Assembly: GCF_038025025.1 (NCBI RefSeq)
Contig: NW_027117344.1
Location: 124,001 to 188,000, forward strand
Direction: 5' to 3'
Origin: Phyllosticta citribraziliensis
Taxonomy: Eukaryota
Length of the DNA: 64,000 nt
The notes under the pieces are model-generated. The model ran no database searches. It saw only the letters and a list, made by a program, of their open reading frames with translations, and was not told the origin of the DNA. A program made the position numbers and the translations under genes. Of the stretch, positions 23,896-35,700 are shown one piece after another. The stretch's first letter is position 1, and every line of letters starts with the position of its first letter.

Positions 23896-25695
23896 ATGTC
23901 TTTCTCCGGAACCCCGTCGTCTGAGCGCCGCTATGTCTTTCCTGCTTCCATCAAGGAGGAGGATGGCACGGTCCCTTGGTTCGGATGGGAAGATGTAAGT
24001 ATATCAGATCAAAACACGCTGCCTGAGCTAACACATCTTCCAGGACTCCAACGACGTTTCGGTAAAAAGGGAAGATTTGGGCTCTGACGCTGAATCTTCT
24101 GACGCGGAGAAGGAGGATCTTCCTCTCTGGCCTGGATGGGAGGAGGTAAGTTCTGAACGGAAACACAATCACGTTGCCCGCGCTCACACATCTCTCAGAA
24201 CACCGCCAACAGAGCAGTGAGAGACGATGCATCCAGCACGTCTGCCCTTTGGTCCGAGTTGATGCGCGCGGGGGAGCCTACTCCTGCTCCCGGTCCTACT
24301 CCGAGGGCGCCCTCTCCACCACCAGTACGTCCCACCGCTTATTGCGGGTGGGAAGATCTTGGACTTCCCGACTTTCTCCTCACCAATCTCAATTGGTGCC
24401 TCTGGGACGAGCCCTACGTCGTCCAGGCACAGCTACTGAGGTGAGTACCTTGAACGTTAAAGGATTCTCGCCACGAAGTCCCATGCGTTGGTGACCGGAG
24501 ACCCGGAGTCGGGCAAGACGGCCGGCTTGTGCTTGGCTGCGATCACCTTCGCCCACCAGCAATCCGGCCTGGAGCCAAAGAAGACTTCCAGAACGTCTTC
24601 GCCTCCAACAGTGATCATTCTCTGTCCGACAGGGAAGCGCGCTGTAGCCACCCATAAGGCCTTGGAGGATTTGGCATCCCGGGGACCTGTCAAGGTGGGA
24701 GTGGCAGTTGGTGGTGAGGATCTGAGCCCCCAGCTTCGGCAGCTCCAGCAGGGCTGTGATGTCTTGGTCGCGACGCCGGGACGTCTGGTTGACATCGCGT
24801 CTAAAGGGCGCAACAACCCCGTCGCAAAGTCCAAATTGTTCATTATGGATCACGCCGATGCCCTTCTGGGCGATTTCTTCCGCGAAACAACGAAGGAACT
24901 TTGGACAAAGGGTAAGCTCGTGAAGCTGTCTAATCTTGAGTAACTTGCTAACCGAATCCAGGTATCGTTGACCCAAACACTGTATTCTCATTCGTCGCCA
25001 ACGCCTATTCTCGGCAGCTGGAGGATAAAGCGGCTGAATTTCTGGGCCATGACAAGACGTTCTCGGTGTCCACCCTTGCTTCCTTGCCCAAGGCCAAGAG
25101 CTCATCGAAGCGAGCGGGCATGACCTTCCGGCAGGTCTCAAGTGTTGTTGCGAACATTGACGTCGTCAAAGGGTCTATCGAAAGCATTAGACCTACGTAT
25201 CGCAACAAGGTCATCATCTTCGCAAACTCCGATTTGCAGGTTGATGTGCTTCGCTGGGAGCTCCGGGGAATCAAAGGGCTCGTCTTGCTGTGGGGCACTG
25301 AATCTCAGCAAGGGAAAAAGGAGGCCCTTGACCGGTGCCATAGTCAAGAAGCGCGCGTCATCCTCACGACAGACGCTTCCGCCGAGGGGTTGAAAATCTC
25401 TGGCATCGGACATGTCGTTCATGCCTGGCTTCCCCGTCGTGTGAAGGAGTCGCCGCTCGAGTCTCCCTTCAACAAATTTCTCTTGCGTAGCGCACGCGCC
25501 GCTCGCCCCGGAGTCCCAGGCTCGGTCCTGGCCTTGTACAGGAAAGATGACGGCCACCTGTTCAGAGATCTGGCGTTCCACCTCGTCCGGTCTGGTCAGC
25601 AAGAGCTGAACAGCAAGGACATTTTGAATCTGTTCAAGTCCACCGCCATGATCACACCCAGTCAGATCTGGCGCCGCCACACCGCAGAGTTGTGA
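23896..25695 (+). CDS. Degenerate two-RecA-domain DEAD-box helicase-like protein H5 (may be disabled by a 22-nt intron)
   Basis: Q-motif WEDLGLPDFLLTNLNWCLWDEPYVVQ, PESGKT, LCPTGKRA, VGG, QLRQLQQGCDVLVATPGRLVD, MDHAD, KVIIFAN, TTDASAEGL, FLLRSARAARPG. Confidence 0.82.
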
Positions 25696-26630
25696 GCCCT
25701 TCTGTCCTGTCTCCTCTCTCTTTCGTCCAGTCGTTCAGCATTTTGCGGTGTCCTCCGGACATCCGCAGGTTTCCCGACCTTTCGCCTCCGCAACGACAGA
25801 CATCAATTTGTACACCATCAGTTTCGTCTCGACAAAAGCTCTTCGCGCTCCGAACGCAGATAGACACTCTAATACGCTGCTTTCTGTCAGCTCAGGGAAC
25901 CCACTGGCCACTCGTCCCAGGAAACTCACCGCTCGTCATTCAAGGGGCTCAAAAGTAATGGAGGAAGGTTTCAGGGGCATGGGTAGCTAGCTTCGGGAAA
26001 CAGGCAGCACATGAATCAAATCTGCTGCTTCTCACTAACGATTGACCTGTGAGATGCAAAAGTAACATCGCAGTCCACACCAATAATGACAATGCAAGAC
26101 AAGCTGGCGGTGTTCAAGCAGTCTGATGTCCGATCGAAATACAGTTTGAAATCTTCCCGGGGTCTTGTCATTGCTATATCCAGCTCTTTCAGAAACGAGC
26201 CCAAACCATTGCAAAAATTGCGGCAAAATCCTGCTTGTGTGACGTGAAGCCATCCATGTTCGAAGTGTGGTTTGTTGTTGGGAGAATTGGACACCTGCAA
26301 AGGGGGGCGGAATAAGTGTTAAAACAAGGGCCACAAGGCTTCGTTGTGGATACATTCACGTGATATTGTTTGGCCATTTGGCCGCTGTGTGCATAACTTC
26401 TGCTGTTCGGCGCAGATATCAAAAGTACAACGGTACGCTCCCGACGCGTTGCCCGGCACGTCACTCGCTTAAACCGTCGCCGCTTGACAACAACCTAACT
26501 CCCCAACTCCAACCCACCTCGATCCTCGACCACAACCCCAACCTCTTGCCTCTCCCTACTCCACTGCTTGCATCCTTGCTTTTTCCCTTACAAGCAAAGT
26601 TGAGTTCAAGCTTACCCGCATCGCTTTCCG

Positions 26631-28240
26631 ATGGATTCTCCGCCGGAACTGCTGCCGCTCGGCCACCAGTCTGCTCCGCAGGCAAAGGACGAAGGCGTTG
26701 AGCTGTCTCCTGAACGCGCCACCGTAAGTACCGCAAGGAAACCCCAATTAATACCCGCTCACAAACCTGCAAGTCCACCCAGAAAAAGCCCGTCGAAGCC
26801 GGAGTGTCGAGCAAGTCCCAAGCTCACCCGGCGACCACGGCCGACGCCACGCCCGACGACAGCACCACTTCGGAGACGCACTCTAACGTCTACTCCAAGC
26901 CGCCGCAGTTTTGGAGGAGATGCAACCTGCCCGAATTCCTGCTCAAGAACCTCGAGCGCGTGGGTATCAGCGGGCCCGCCGCCGTCCAGGCGGAGCTGCT
27001 GAAGTGAGTACCCCCATGACTTCAACCATACCGAGACTTGAAAGCTGACGGATTGGAACAGGACTCTCGGCACGAAGAGGTTCAACATCCTGGTCGCCTC
27101 GGAGTCTCCCGCGGACAAGAGGTTCGCCGTGTGTCTGTCGGCGCTCTGCTTCGCCCAGGACGAGCGCAAGAAGCGCATGCTGAAGAGGTCTTGGAGCCCT
27201 GCGAAAGGACCCGCCGTGGTTTTGCTCTGCCCGACCAGAGAGCACGCCTTCCAGACCTTCAATGTGCTGAAGGCTCTGGCTCACAGGAGCCCGCTCAACA
27301 CGGCGTGGGCGTACGGCGGCACTCCCATGGAGCCCCAGATCCGCCAGCTTCGAAAGCATTGCGACGTGCTGGTCGCCACGCCAGGCCGCCTCATCGAGAT
27401 AGTCGGCCGCTACACGATCGCCGAGGTGGGACTCGTCGTCGTCAACGAGTCTCAGACGCTTCTTTCCCACACTTTCCATGGCCAGATGGAAGAATTGTGG
27501 AGGCAAGGTACGTCTTCCACACTCTTCTGATTCTGTCAAGCCGCTTGCTAACAGCCATACTAGACATTGTCGACGACAATACTCTCTGGGCATTCACCTG
27601 CAACCGCACCACGGCGGCACTGCAAGCACGCATCACCTCATACCTGCGCGACAACAACCTGGTAATCAAGCACCCACACCCCGCCCACAACAACCCGCTC
27701 GCCATCTCCGTCTCCGAGTCCATCGTCCCTCACGAGCCGCGCAAAATCCGGGCCTTCGAGATCGTGCAGCACATCATCACGACACTGGCGAGGCCGCACG
27801 CGCGCGCCCTCATCCTCGCCAACAGCGTCGCCGAAGTGGAGATGCTATACCCGAAGCTGCGCTGCGTGGCCGGCCTCGTCGTGCTGCTGGGCACGTACTC
27901 GGCGCGCGAGCGCGACATGTTCCTGCGCGCCAGCGGGCGCGGCGCGACGCGCGCGATCCTGACGACGGACGCGTTTGCCGAGGGGCTCGAGTTCGACGGC
28001 GTGCGCTACGTCGTGCAGACGTACCTGCCGCGGAGCGTGGCGGCGTTGGAGAGGAGCGAGGAGGAGGACGAGGTGGCGCGTGTGCAGAGTGGCGGACGGG
28101 CGCCGGCCCGCTTTGGCCGGTATGCGTGGACGTTGCTGTACCGCCAGGAAGACGCGAGCGGGCAGCTGCCGCGGTGGCCCATCGTGTCGTGCAGTAAGGT
28201 GCTGGCTATGGCGCCGAAGAGGCAGTGGGGAGGCAGGTGA
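26631..28240 (+). CDS. Degenerate two-RecA-domain DEAD-box helicase-like protein H6
   Basis: Q-motif WRRCNLPEFLLKNLERVGISGPAAVQ, motif I eroded (SPADKR), LCPTREHA, YGG, ATPGRL, motif II VNESQ, ALILAN, TTDAFAEGL. The two family introns are present. Confidence 0.82.
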
Positions 28241-29065
28241 GCGAGGGCGCTGCTTGCTGCTTTGTCTGGGTACTGGTCTGGTTGACTGTGCCGGATCGTG
28301 AATGCTCCATGCACGTACGCAGACGCTGAGGAAGAAGGTCGACGAAGCTCAAACGAGGAAGAGAGTGAAGGAAAGGGAAGAGCTAGATAGAAAGAATGGC
28401 CAGTAGGAGGGCGGGGTGACAGTAGCCCAAAAAACCTATAGCAATCCACCACATGCCCGACTCCATCCGCCACACCATCAACCCAATCCAACCCCGTGTT
28501 CCATTCTCCTCCAATGCGATGGGACATCCTGCAGATTGACAAACAGACAGATAGACAGACAGCGGCATCACTGACATGACGGCAAAGCACGTGAGTAAGA
28601 AAGAGAATGATGGAGCCAAGGAACTGAATGCTAGAGACGTGAGTTCGTGATACGTGTTGATGCTAGGGATGAGGCGATACATGGACAGGTAGGTAAATAG
28701 GAAGAGAGATAGACAGATATTGGGGGGATAAAGATGATGTAATGGTGATAGTGAGGCAGAGAGAGAGATAGACAGAGGAAGGAGGAAGGAGGAGACAGGA
28801 AAACAAGCTCACCGCAAAGGCGAAAAGAGTCAAAAGATGAAACAGAAGAGGAGACAGGGGAAGAAGAACAAGAAAATACTGGGACCACAGAGCCCTCTAC
28901 CTTACTGCCAAAGCAAGTACGTGCCTGCCTGCCTACCCGCCACACACGGCAATCAAACCCCCATCCACAACACCAGGCCCACAACCATACCCAACAACAC
29001 ACCGCCCCATCACCCACATTCAAACACGCCAACACACTCCCCAAACAGCCCTTACACCGCCCTCC

Positions 29066-32000
29066 CTACACAGCCCTCACCCCCGCCAAATCCCTGCGCC
29101 AATCCCACGTACTCAAAAAGCTGTCCGCAGCCTCAACGACGGCATCGACGTCGAGCTCTTCGTCATCCCCCAGTAGCGCGCCCGAGACTTGCTGCGCGTC
29201 CGGCAGCCGCGCCGCAAAGCCCGCGTGGCCAGACGCTGGAGCCAATGTGCTGCTGTCGGTGCGGCGACGCTTCTGGCGGCGCTTGCGCGGCGAAGAGGAA
29301 GGAGCGGAGAGTGGATGGTTGGAGGCCTGCGTGGCGGGTTGCGAGAAGTGGAAGGCTGTCGGCGGGGCAGTCGAAGATGGGGGGAGAGAAGAGGGTTGGA
29401 TGCGGCGGCGGTGGTGGTGGTGGTAGAGGACTGGCGACACGGACGCCGACGCCGACGCCGACGGCGTGGGCTGTGAGGCAGACGGCTTGTTGATTGGCGT
29501 CCACGAGGGAGTTCCCTGACGCGTGAGCGAGTGGGCGCGCGACGGCGAGACGCCAGGCGTGCTGGCAAGCACCAAGTGGCTCTCGACGGGCGGGAACATG
29601 GTCGAGGGGTCGGCGAAGGTGGTGTCGCCGTCGGCATACGCGTTGGCAGCAGGTCTGCAGCTGGTGCTGGGAGTTGATTGATCTGGGCTGCCCGGCTGTG
29701 GGTTGAGCAGCGAGTGGATGATGCTGACGCGCTTGCGCGGCTTGGCCTTCTTGACGGTGCTGAAGGCGAAGGGAGATGCGGCATTGAAGAGATCTTGTGT
29801 GCTGACTGGTGGAGCAGCCGAGGCTGGTGGTTTTTGTGTCGATTTGGGGTCTCGATTGACCGTACGAAAGGGAGTTATAGGACTGAATGTTGGAAAGGGG
29901 CCAGTGGGAGGCGGTGTCGTGTTTTGGCTGCCTAGCATGGGTTCCATGAGGTTGTAAATATCGGACTTCTTTGCAGGAGAGACGAGCTGTTGCTGGAATG
30001 CTCGTTGGGCGGAGACGAGTGCGGCCTGTGTTGAAAAGTCCGGAGGTGGACTATCTTGGGTTAGATCGATGACAACAGGCCTGTCAGGAATAACCTCCTG
30101 GCTCAAGATGTCATGGGCCATGAGAATAGCTTCAGGCCCGCCTAGAGTAGTTCTCTGGAGCGGACTTTCATGAGCCACACCGTTGGCTTGAGGGCAGTCG
30201 GAGAGATGTTCTTGGGGTACGTTCTCGTGGGCCTCATCCGTGGTCTTGCGTCTGTGGGCGGTGTGCTTCTGGGGTAGAGTCTCGTGAGCCACGTCCGTGG
30301 TCTTGTGTCTGTCAGCGGTTTGCTCTGGGGGTAGAGACTTGTGAGCTATGTCCGGCCGGTGGGGGAGATTCTCTTTGGGCACATTATCAGGATCTGTATC
30401 ATTCGCCATTGGTCTGTCGGGGAGATTCTCTTGAGGTGGAATCGTTTGAGCCACAGACTTTGCCTTGTGCTCATCATCGAATCCTTCCTGAGGAAGAGTC
30501 TCATGAGCCACGTGGTTGGCTTCCAGCCCATCTGAAAGATTCTTCCGAGTTAGACTCTTGTGAGCCCCGTCCATGGTCTTGTACCCATCAGCGATATCCT
30601 CCTGGGGTAGAGTCTCGTGAGAAACACCATTAGTCTTGGGGTCGGTAGGAATATTCTCCTGGGATTGATTGTCGTCGACCACACAATGGCCTTCAGGCTC
30701 TTTAAGGATACGCCTCCGAGGTAGACGCTCCTGACCGGCATCCGTGGCCTTGGGCTTGAGGGAAATGTACTCTTCCACGATTGGTTCAGACTTGGAAGGA
30801 CTTTGCAGGCCTCGGTCTGACTGCGCCCGGTCATCTACTCGCAGTGGCGATGACCCAAACTTGACGGAGCGGGCGGTTGCTGCCCTCCGCTTCTCTCGCT
30901 TTGCTACAAAGACTCTTGGCTTTCCTTCGTCAGAGGGCTTTCGATAGACAAAGGGCGAATAGAGGACTGTCGGAGAGGCGTGCAGAGTGTGGTTTCTGTT
31001 CTTCTTGTCAATTTTTCGGCTAGGCTCGGATAGTCTGCGAACACCTTGAGGCCGACCGGGAGCTTCTTTTGGCGTCTCGCCATCGTATGGAACATTTTCC
31101 TGGCCCTCGGCGACTTTGATGACGTTGGTTTTGCGTGCTGGAGATGGGATCGTGAAAGCCACACTCCGAGAAGTGAGAGGAGCCCGCTCGCTCTTTGGTT
31201 CAGTAGGACCAGCGTCGTGACTTGCTTTCTTGCTTGGAGAGGCAGCACGTCTAGGAGATTCTTGGGTTTGATCCAACATTCTTACGTCCGACTCAATTTG
31301 GTCGTTGGAGTCTTCGACGTCAGGAATTCGTCGCACGGAATCCTCATCGACATTGGCTTGTAACGACGGCGGGATACCTGCCAATGTTGGTTGCGAGTTG
31401 GACCTGGCTTTGCCTGCGCCATCGGCCTCGTACAGGTCGAGGAGAGAGTCTGATGCAAATCCCCGGGTGTCCTTCTTCTTTTCCTTGAGATTCCAACACA
31501 GTTTTAGACCATTGGCCCCCAACACATGATTGACACTGGGATTCTTTTCAATTGAACGCGGGTGGGAGGGTTTGGAGGGCGTGTGGCTCTCCAAACCGTC
31601 GAGGCGATCTTCCAGCATCGAAATGTCGCCGTCGGCTACGGGCGATTCCGCACGTGGCTCCAACCGCCGCAACCACTCGCGGGTGGCTTCCTTGTTGTCA
31701 GAAGCTGCGGCGACTGCTGGAGTGACCTGACGAGGGGAAAGACTTGGAGTTCCATGGTCCGAGCAGTGCTTCTGCAACAATTTCTCCACCTTTTGCTTCG
31801 GAGCAGCCCGTCTCTGCGGTACCTCGTGTGATTTTCCCGTTGCCTTCTCCGCCACATTTGTAGATGTACAGTGTCGAAATGGACCTCGTAGGCGGGCACT
31901 CTGTATGCCGAGGGGATGGCCTTGAAGGTAGCGGCGGCTCAGATTTTCGACGCGTCGGCGCTTAGCATTGCGGTGGTCACCACGGAATTCGGCATCATCG

Positions 32001-32071
32001 ACGACATCTCGGGTGAAGAAGAAGTCGGCGTCGGGGTCGGCGAGATGGGTGTGCAGGAAGAGGGCTGCCAT
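29066..32071 (-). CDS. Large low-complexity hypothetical protein with internal 19-aa repeats
   Basis: Long ORF. Likely start MAALFLH at 32071, followed by KRRRVENLSRRYLQGHPLGIQSARLRGPF, and later STQAAL..AQRAFQ and STQDLFNAASPFAFST blocks. Divergent from the Cdc11-like gene. Confidence 0.8.
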   Translation of the reverse strand: MAALFLHTHLADPDADFFFTRDVVDDAEFRGDHRNAKRRRVENLSRRYLQGHPLGIQSARLRGPFRHCTSTNVAEKATGKSHEVPQRRAAPKQKVEKLLQKHCSDHGTPSLSPRQVTPAVAAASDNKEATREWLRRLEPRAESPVADGDISMLEDRLDGLESHTPSKPSHPRSIEKNPSVNHVLGANGLKLCWNLKEKKKDTRGFASDSLLDLYEADGAGKARSNSQPTLAGIPPSLQANVDEDSVRRIPDVEDSNDQIESDVRMLDQTQESPRRAASPSKKASHDAGPTEPKSERAPLTSRSVAFTIPSPARKTNVIKVAEGQENVPYDGETPKEAPGRPQGVRRLSEPSRKIDKKNRNHTLHASPTVLYSPFVYRKPSDEGKPRVFVAKREKRRAATARSVKFGSSPLRVDDRAQSDRGLQSPSKSEPIVEEYISLKPKATDAGQERLPRRRILKEPEGHCVVDDNQSQENIPTDPKTNGVSHETLPQEDIADGYKTMDGAHKSLTRKNLSDGLEANHVAHETLPQEGFDDEHKAKSVAQTIPPQENLPDRPMANDTDPDNVPKENLPHRPDIAHKSLPPEQTADRHKTTDVAHETLPQKHTAHRRKTTDEAHENVPQEHLSDCPQANGVAHESPLQRTTLGGPEAILMAHDILSQEVIPDRPVVIDLTQDSPPPDFSTQAALVSAQRAFQQQLVSPAKKSDIYNLMEPMLGSQNTTPPPTGPFPTFSPITPFRTVNRDPKSTQKPPASAAPPVSTQDLFNAASPFAFSTVKKAKPRKRVSIIHSLLNPQPGSPDQSTPSTSCRPAANAYADGDTTFADPSTMFPPVESHLVLASTPGVSPSRAHSLTRQGTPSWTPINKPSASQPTPSASASASVSPVLYHHHHRRRIQPSSLPPSSTAPPTAFHFSQPATQASNHPLSAPSSSPRKRRQKRRRTDSSTLAPASGHAGFAARLPDAQQVSGALLGDDEELDVDAVVEAADSFLSTWDWRRDLAGVRAV
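30065..30680 (-). repeat. About 10 degenerate 57-bp (19-aa) coding tandem repeats
   Basis: VSHETLPQEDIADGYKTMD / VAHETLPQEGFDDEHKAKS / IAHKSLPPEQTADRHKTTD / VAHETLPQKHTAHRRKTTD and others. Confidence 0.85.
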
Positions 32072-32736
32072 TGAGGAGGATGGTAGAGGGACGGAGGCAC
32101 AGAGGTTAGCAAGATGGCATGGTTTTTCTGGTGGTGCAAGGTGAATAAGCGGTGACTGGAGCGACGGAGGCCGGCACAGGCAGTGGTTTTGGCGCTTGGA
32201 GCAACGGGCACTACGCAACGAGCGGAGGCGTGCGAGGGCCAGACAGCGAGTCGGGAGACGCGTCGAGGACGAGCCAAGGCCGTGAGCCCAGCGGAAGGGC
32301 GCAGCGGGTCTTTTGTGGGCGGGCCGTGGTGGTGGAGGCGGGAGTCGTGGAGGATTTCTGGAGACGCGCACGTCGGGCCTTTGGCTGGTGTTGCGGGTTG
32401 CCGTGGCAACGATCCCGGTCTCTCTCCCGCTGTGGTTCCTGTCCATCTCGCCCGTCCGTGCCCGCCAGGTCCATCATCATAATACTACTCCACGGCTCGA
32501 GAACTAGCGACGCCACTTCTTCGCATCAGCCTGTCGTTCGGCCATCTCTCCTCTCACTCTCACTCCTCTCTCGTCGTGCGCGCGTCGCCCCTCCTCTCGC
32601 GCTTCACGCCGCCCTCCCTCCACCGTCGACCTCACCTCACCCACAGGCCGCCGCAGAGGCCATCATACGCCGCCAGCCTGTCGCGTCGTGGGATCGACAG
32701 GCCTGCAAATCGCGCCCAATTTCCAATTTCACGACA

Positions 32737-35700
32737 ATGGCACAACCATGGCTGGACGACCTGTCCGAGGACTGGCTTCCTCAGCCCGCCTCTTCTCCTC
32801 CGTCGCGTCGCGACTCTTCGGCTGCAAAATCTTCCTTCGACTCGAACCCACCTTCATCCCGCAGCCGCATACCACGACTCAAGAGCTCTCCAGCTCCCGC
32901 AGCCTTGCACACGCCGAACACGGAGCCTGTCGCGAGGCAGTTGCCCGGCAAGCGCAAGAACGTCCTCGCCGAGCGCAGCAAGAGCGACAACAACATCCTA
33001 AACAACCACCCCGCAACCTCACCCGCGCGCCCCAATGAATCGAGGGTCCCGTCGCATCCGCGATCCATTTCAACCTCATCTGCCGACTCCGTAGTGCGAA
33101 ACGGCACCGTCGAAATCAAGAGCGCCGCGCCCTTGCAGACCAAGCGACCACACGACACTCCCGAGTGGAAGCGCAGATTGATACACGGCAGGATGGGGTA
33201 CGGTGACCAAAAGGACTTGTTTAGTCCTATGGGGCTGGAGAATATTTTTCAACAGCCGGCCCCTGCACCTTCATCGTCGCCCGACAGAAAAAAGGGCCGT
33301 CTCTCGATGCTCAAAGATAGCGTCGTCATGCCGTCCAGTCCCCCGCCATGGCCGTCCCAAATTTCTCAAAGCTCACCATCCAAGCCTTCATCCCGCGACT
33401 ACGACGCGTTGGAAGAGGACTCTATGCAAAGCGTGGCGGAGAGGCCAGAGTCTGAGGATGGTTCAGTGGTCCAAACGAGGAACCCTCCAAAACTTCAGCC
33501 CATCCACGAGCACTCAAGCTTGTCCATGAAGGATCGGTCTCGTGTCACCAGCGGCCAGACTGAATTGACAGACGACAGCTTCAGCCCTGTATATATTTCT
33601 AGGCGCAACACCAAAGATGGAGGCATCGAATACCAGCCCCTGGACCTGTCCAAGTCTGAATTGGAGAGGGTTAAGAACCAATCCGAAAAGACCGATCCTG
33701 CTGCCTTCAACGAGAGCCTGAACAGCAACGGCAATACCGACATTTCGACCTTTTCAAAATTGCGATCAGAAACGCTCCCCGATGACCTTCCTACTGGCAC
33801 CCCTGATCATCTCAACGTTGGACAGTTTGTAAATCTCAAACGTGGTGGGTTTTCTGCCGATGGCTCGTTTAGAGAACGTCCCCTCAGCCCTTCCCCGTTG
33901 AAAGGAGGGACTTCGGACCCCAACGATCCAGCTCGCCAAGAAGACTCGCAGGCGACTGTGCCTATGTTCGAAGGACCAGCCATGCATATTCGTCGTCAGA
34001 TTCCTCGTTCTTCCAGCCCTCCACTGTCTCCGAAAACACCTGCACGGAGACAACCAAATTTGGACTCTGACAGGCCAAGATCCTCTGGAAGCCCTCTGAA
34101 GCTCTTCGGCGACCATGATACTTTCACGGCCAATCGGTTGTTTCGCAGAATGAGCCAGCTGGAAGATGCTTTGCCTACCACAGCAAATTCCAGCAGGCCT
34201 AGCAGCTCAGAGTCACCAGAAAAACGTCTCGAGGCATGGTTACCGTCGGTCGAGGAGGGATTCCACGAGTCGGATGACAACGAGGAACAATTCCGAACTT
34301 CAAACGGGAGCTACTTTGGTCGCGGCGAGCTGGACCACCACCGATTCCCAGAAGAGGAGTTTTCCTCTTCCCGCAACTCCACCTCTTACGATGATGACGT
34401 TGCTGCCTCTCGTCCCATTTTGCCCGAGTTCAAGTTCAACCTGATCGACGGCAACGTCCACCAGTCGAGCGTCAACAAGAGGAAGCTGTCGAGGCATACT
34501 GTCAAAAGTGGGGCGACTACCATGACAAACAAGAGTTCCATCAAGATTCCAAAATCACCCCGCCTGAGTCCCAACCAGCTGTTTCCTGCTCTCAGCTCAA
34601 GTCATTTGCCACCTGATTCTGAAGCGTCGGAGGGAAAGCGACCACCAACTTCTCCATTCAAGAATCCCCAGCCAAAGCGGCGACGCACTCTTCTCTCATC
34701 TGAGCTAGGTGATGCTGATTATTACTCGTACGACAAGCTTCAATTGGCCCTCGAGGATCCCCACGAAGATGCCCTGTCTTCGCAATACGCCCTGCGGCCC
34801 CGCAATCCAACGCCGAGCGAAAGCAGACTGGAGCAAGTCCAGCGTCAAGTCTTGAATGCAACCGATGCCTATCTGCACAACTCGCCAAAAGCTTTGCATG
34901 TCATTCAAGAGCATGTAGAGAGTCCGTCTTCCCGTCGTCTATCCGAGGAGAGGGAACACGAGCGAGCCATTGCTCGTGAGGTTGCCACATTCACCGTCAG
35001 AATGAATCAGCGCATGAGAGACGAAGACCGCAAGCGTTCCGTCACTACCCAGGACTTTTTGGACCAGGCTCGCTTGATCATGGACCACATCCGGACACGC
35101 GGACGTCCAAATAGTGCGCTGGAAAGCTTGGCCGAATCGGAGCAAAGTCCACTGCGAGAGAGGTCAACCTTTCTTCAAGTGCCAGAAAGCCCACTGTCAT
35201 TCTCGCGACCTCCAAGCCGTGAAGGCCCAAAGGATGGATGGAGTAATCCCTCTGCTCCGAGGACTTCTGATGCTCGCGTCGTTAGCCACCTCAAAAAGTT
35301 CCAAGAGACTGATGGAGAAGACTTTATGATGGCAAGCTTTCGCTCGAACAATCTCAGGCACTATGAAGATCGCACTAGCGAAGAGAGTCGCTTCCATGAC
35401 GGCCAATCTCCCGACATTCGCATCTTGACGAGGAATCTAACCATGCAAAGACGGCGAGACCGCAGTCACTCGGACGGCAGCCCACCTGGCACAAAGTCTT
35501 CCCAGTCGCCACGCTCCAGACGGTCAACTCTCGACTCATCCCTAGGAAGAACCAATGTCACCGGAATTTCTCGTCGTTCTGAAAATGTTGCCAATCTGGC
35601 TCCTGGGGCGGTCGCGCACCTCATTCCACAGGAACTGGCTGGCATGACTTTTGACCGCGAAAAGGGTATCTGGGTCAGGCGAAACGCAAAGAGCCAAAGG

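Noticed and set aside
26270..26480. Possible copy of the helicase promoter element upstream of H6 (aattggacac, gtgttaa, ctcgctta)
   Set aside because: Only short scattered matches, not alignable by eye.
32152..32736. ORF-track N-terminal extensions of the cdc11-like gene and of the opposite-strand 1126-aa ORF
   Set aside because: The overlapping extensions are stop-free GC-rich promoter sequence. The protein-like starts are at 32737 and 32071.
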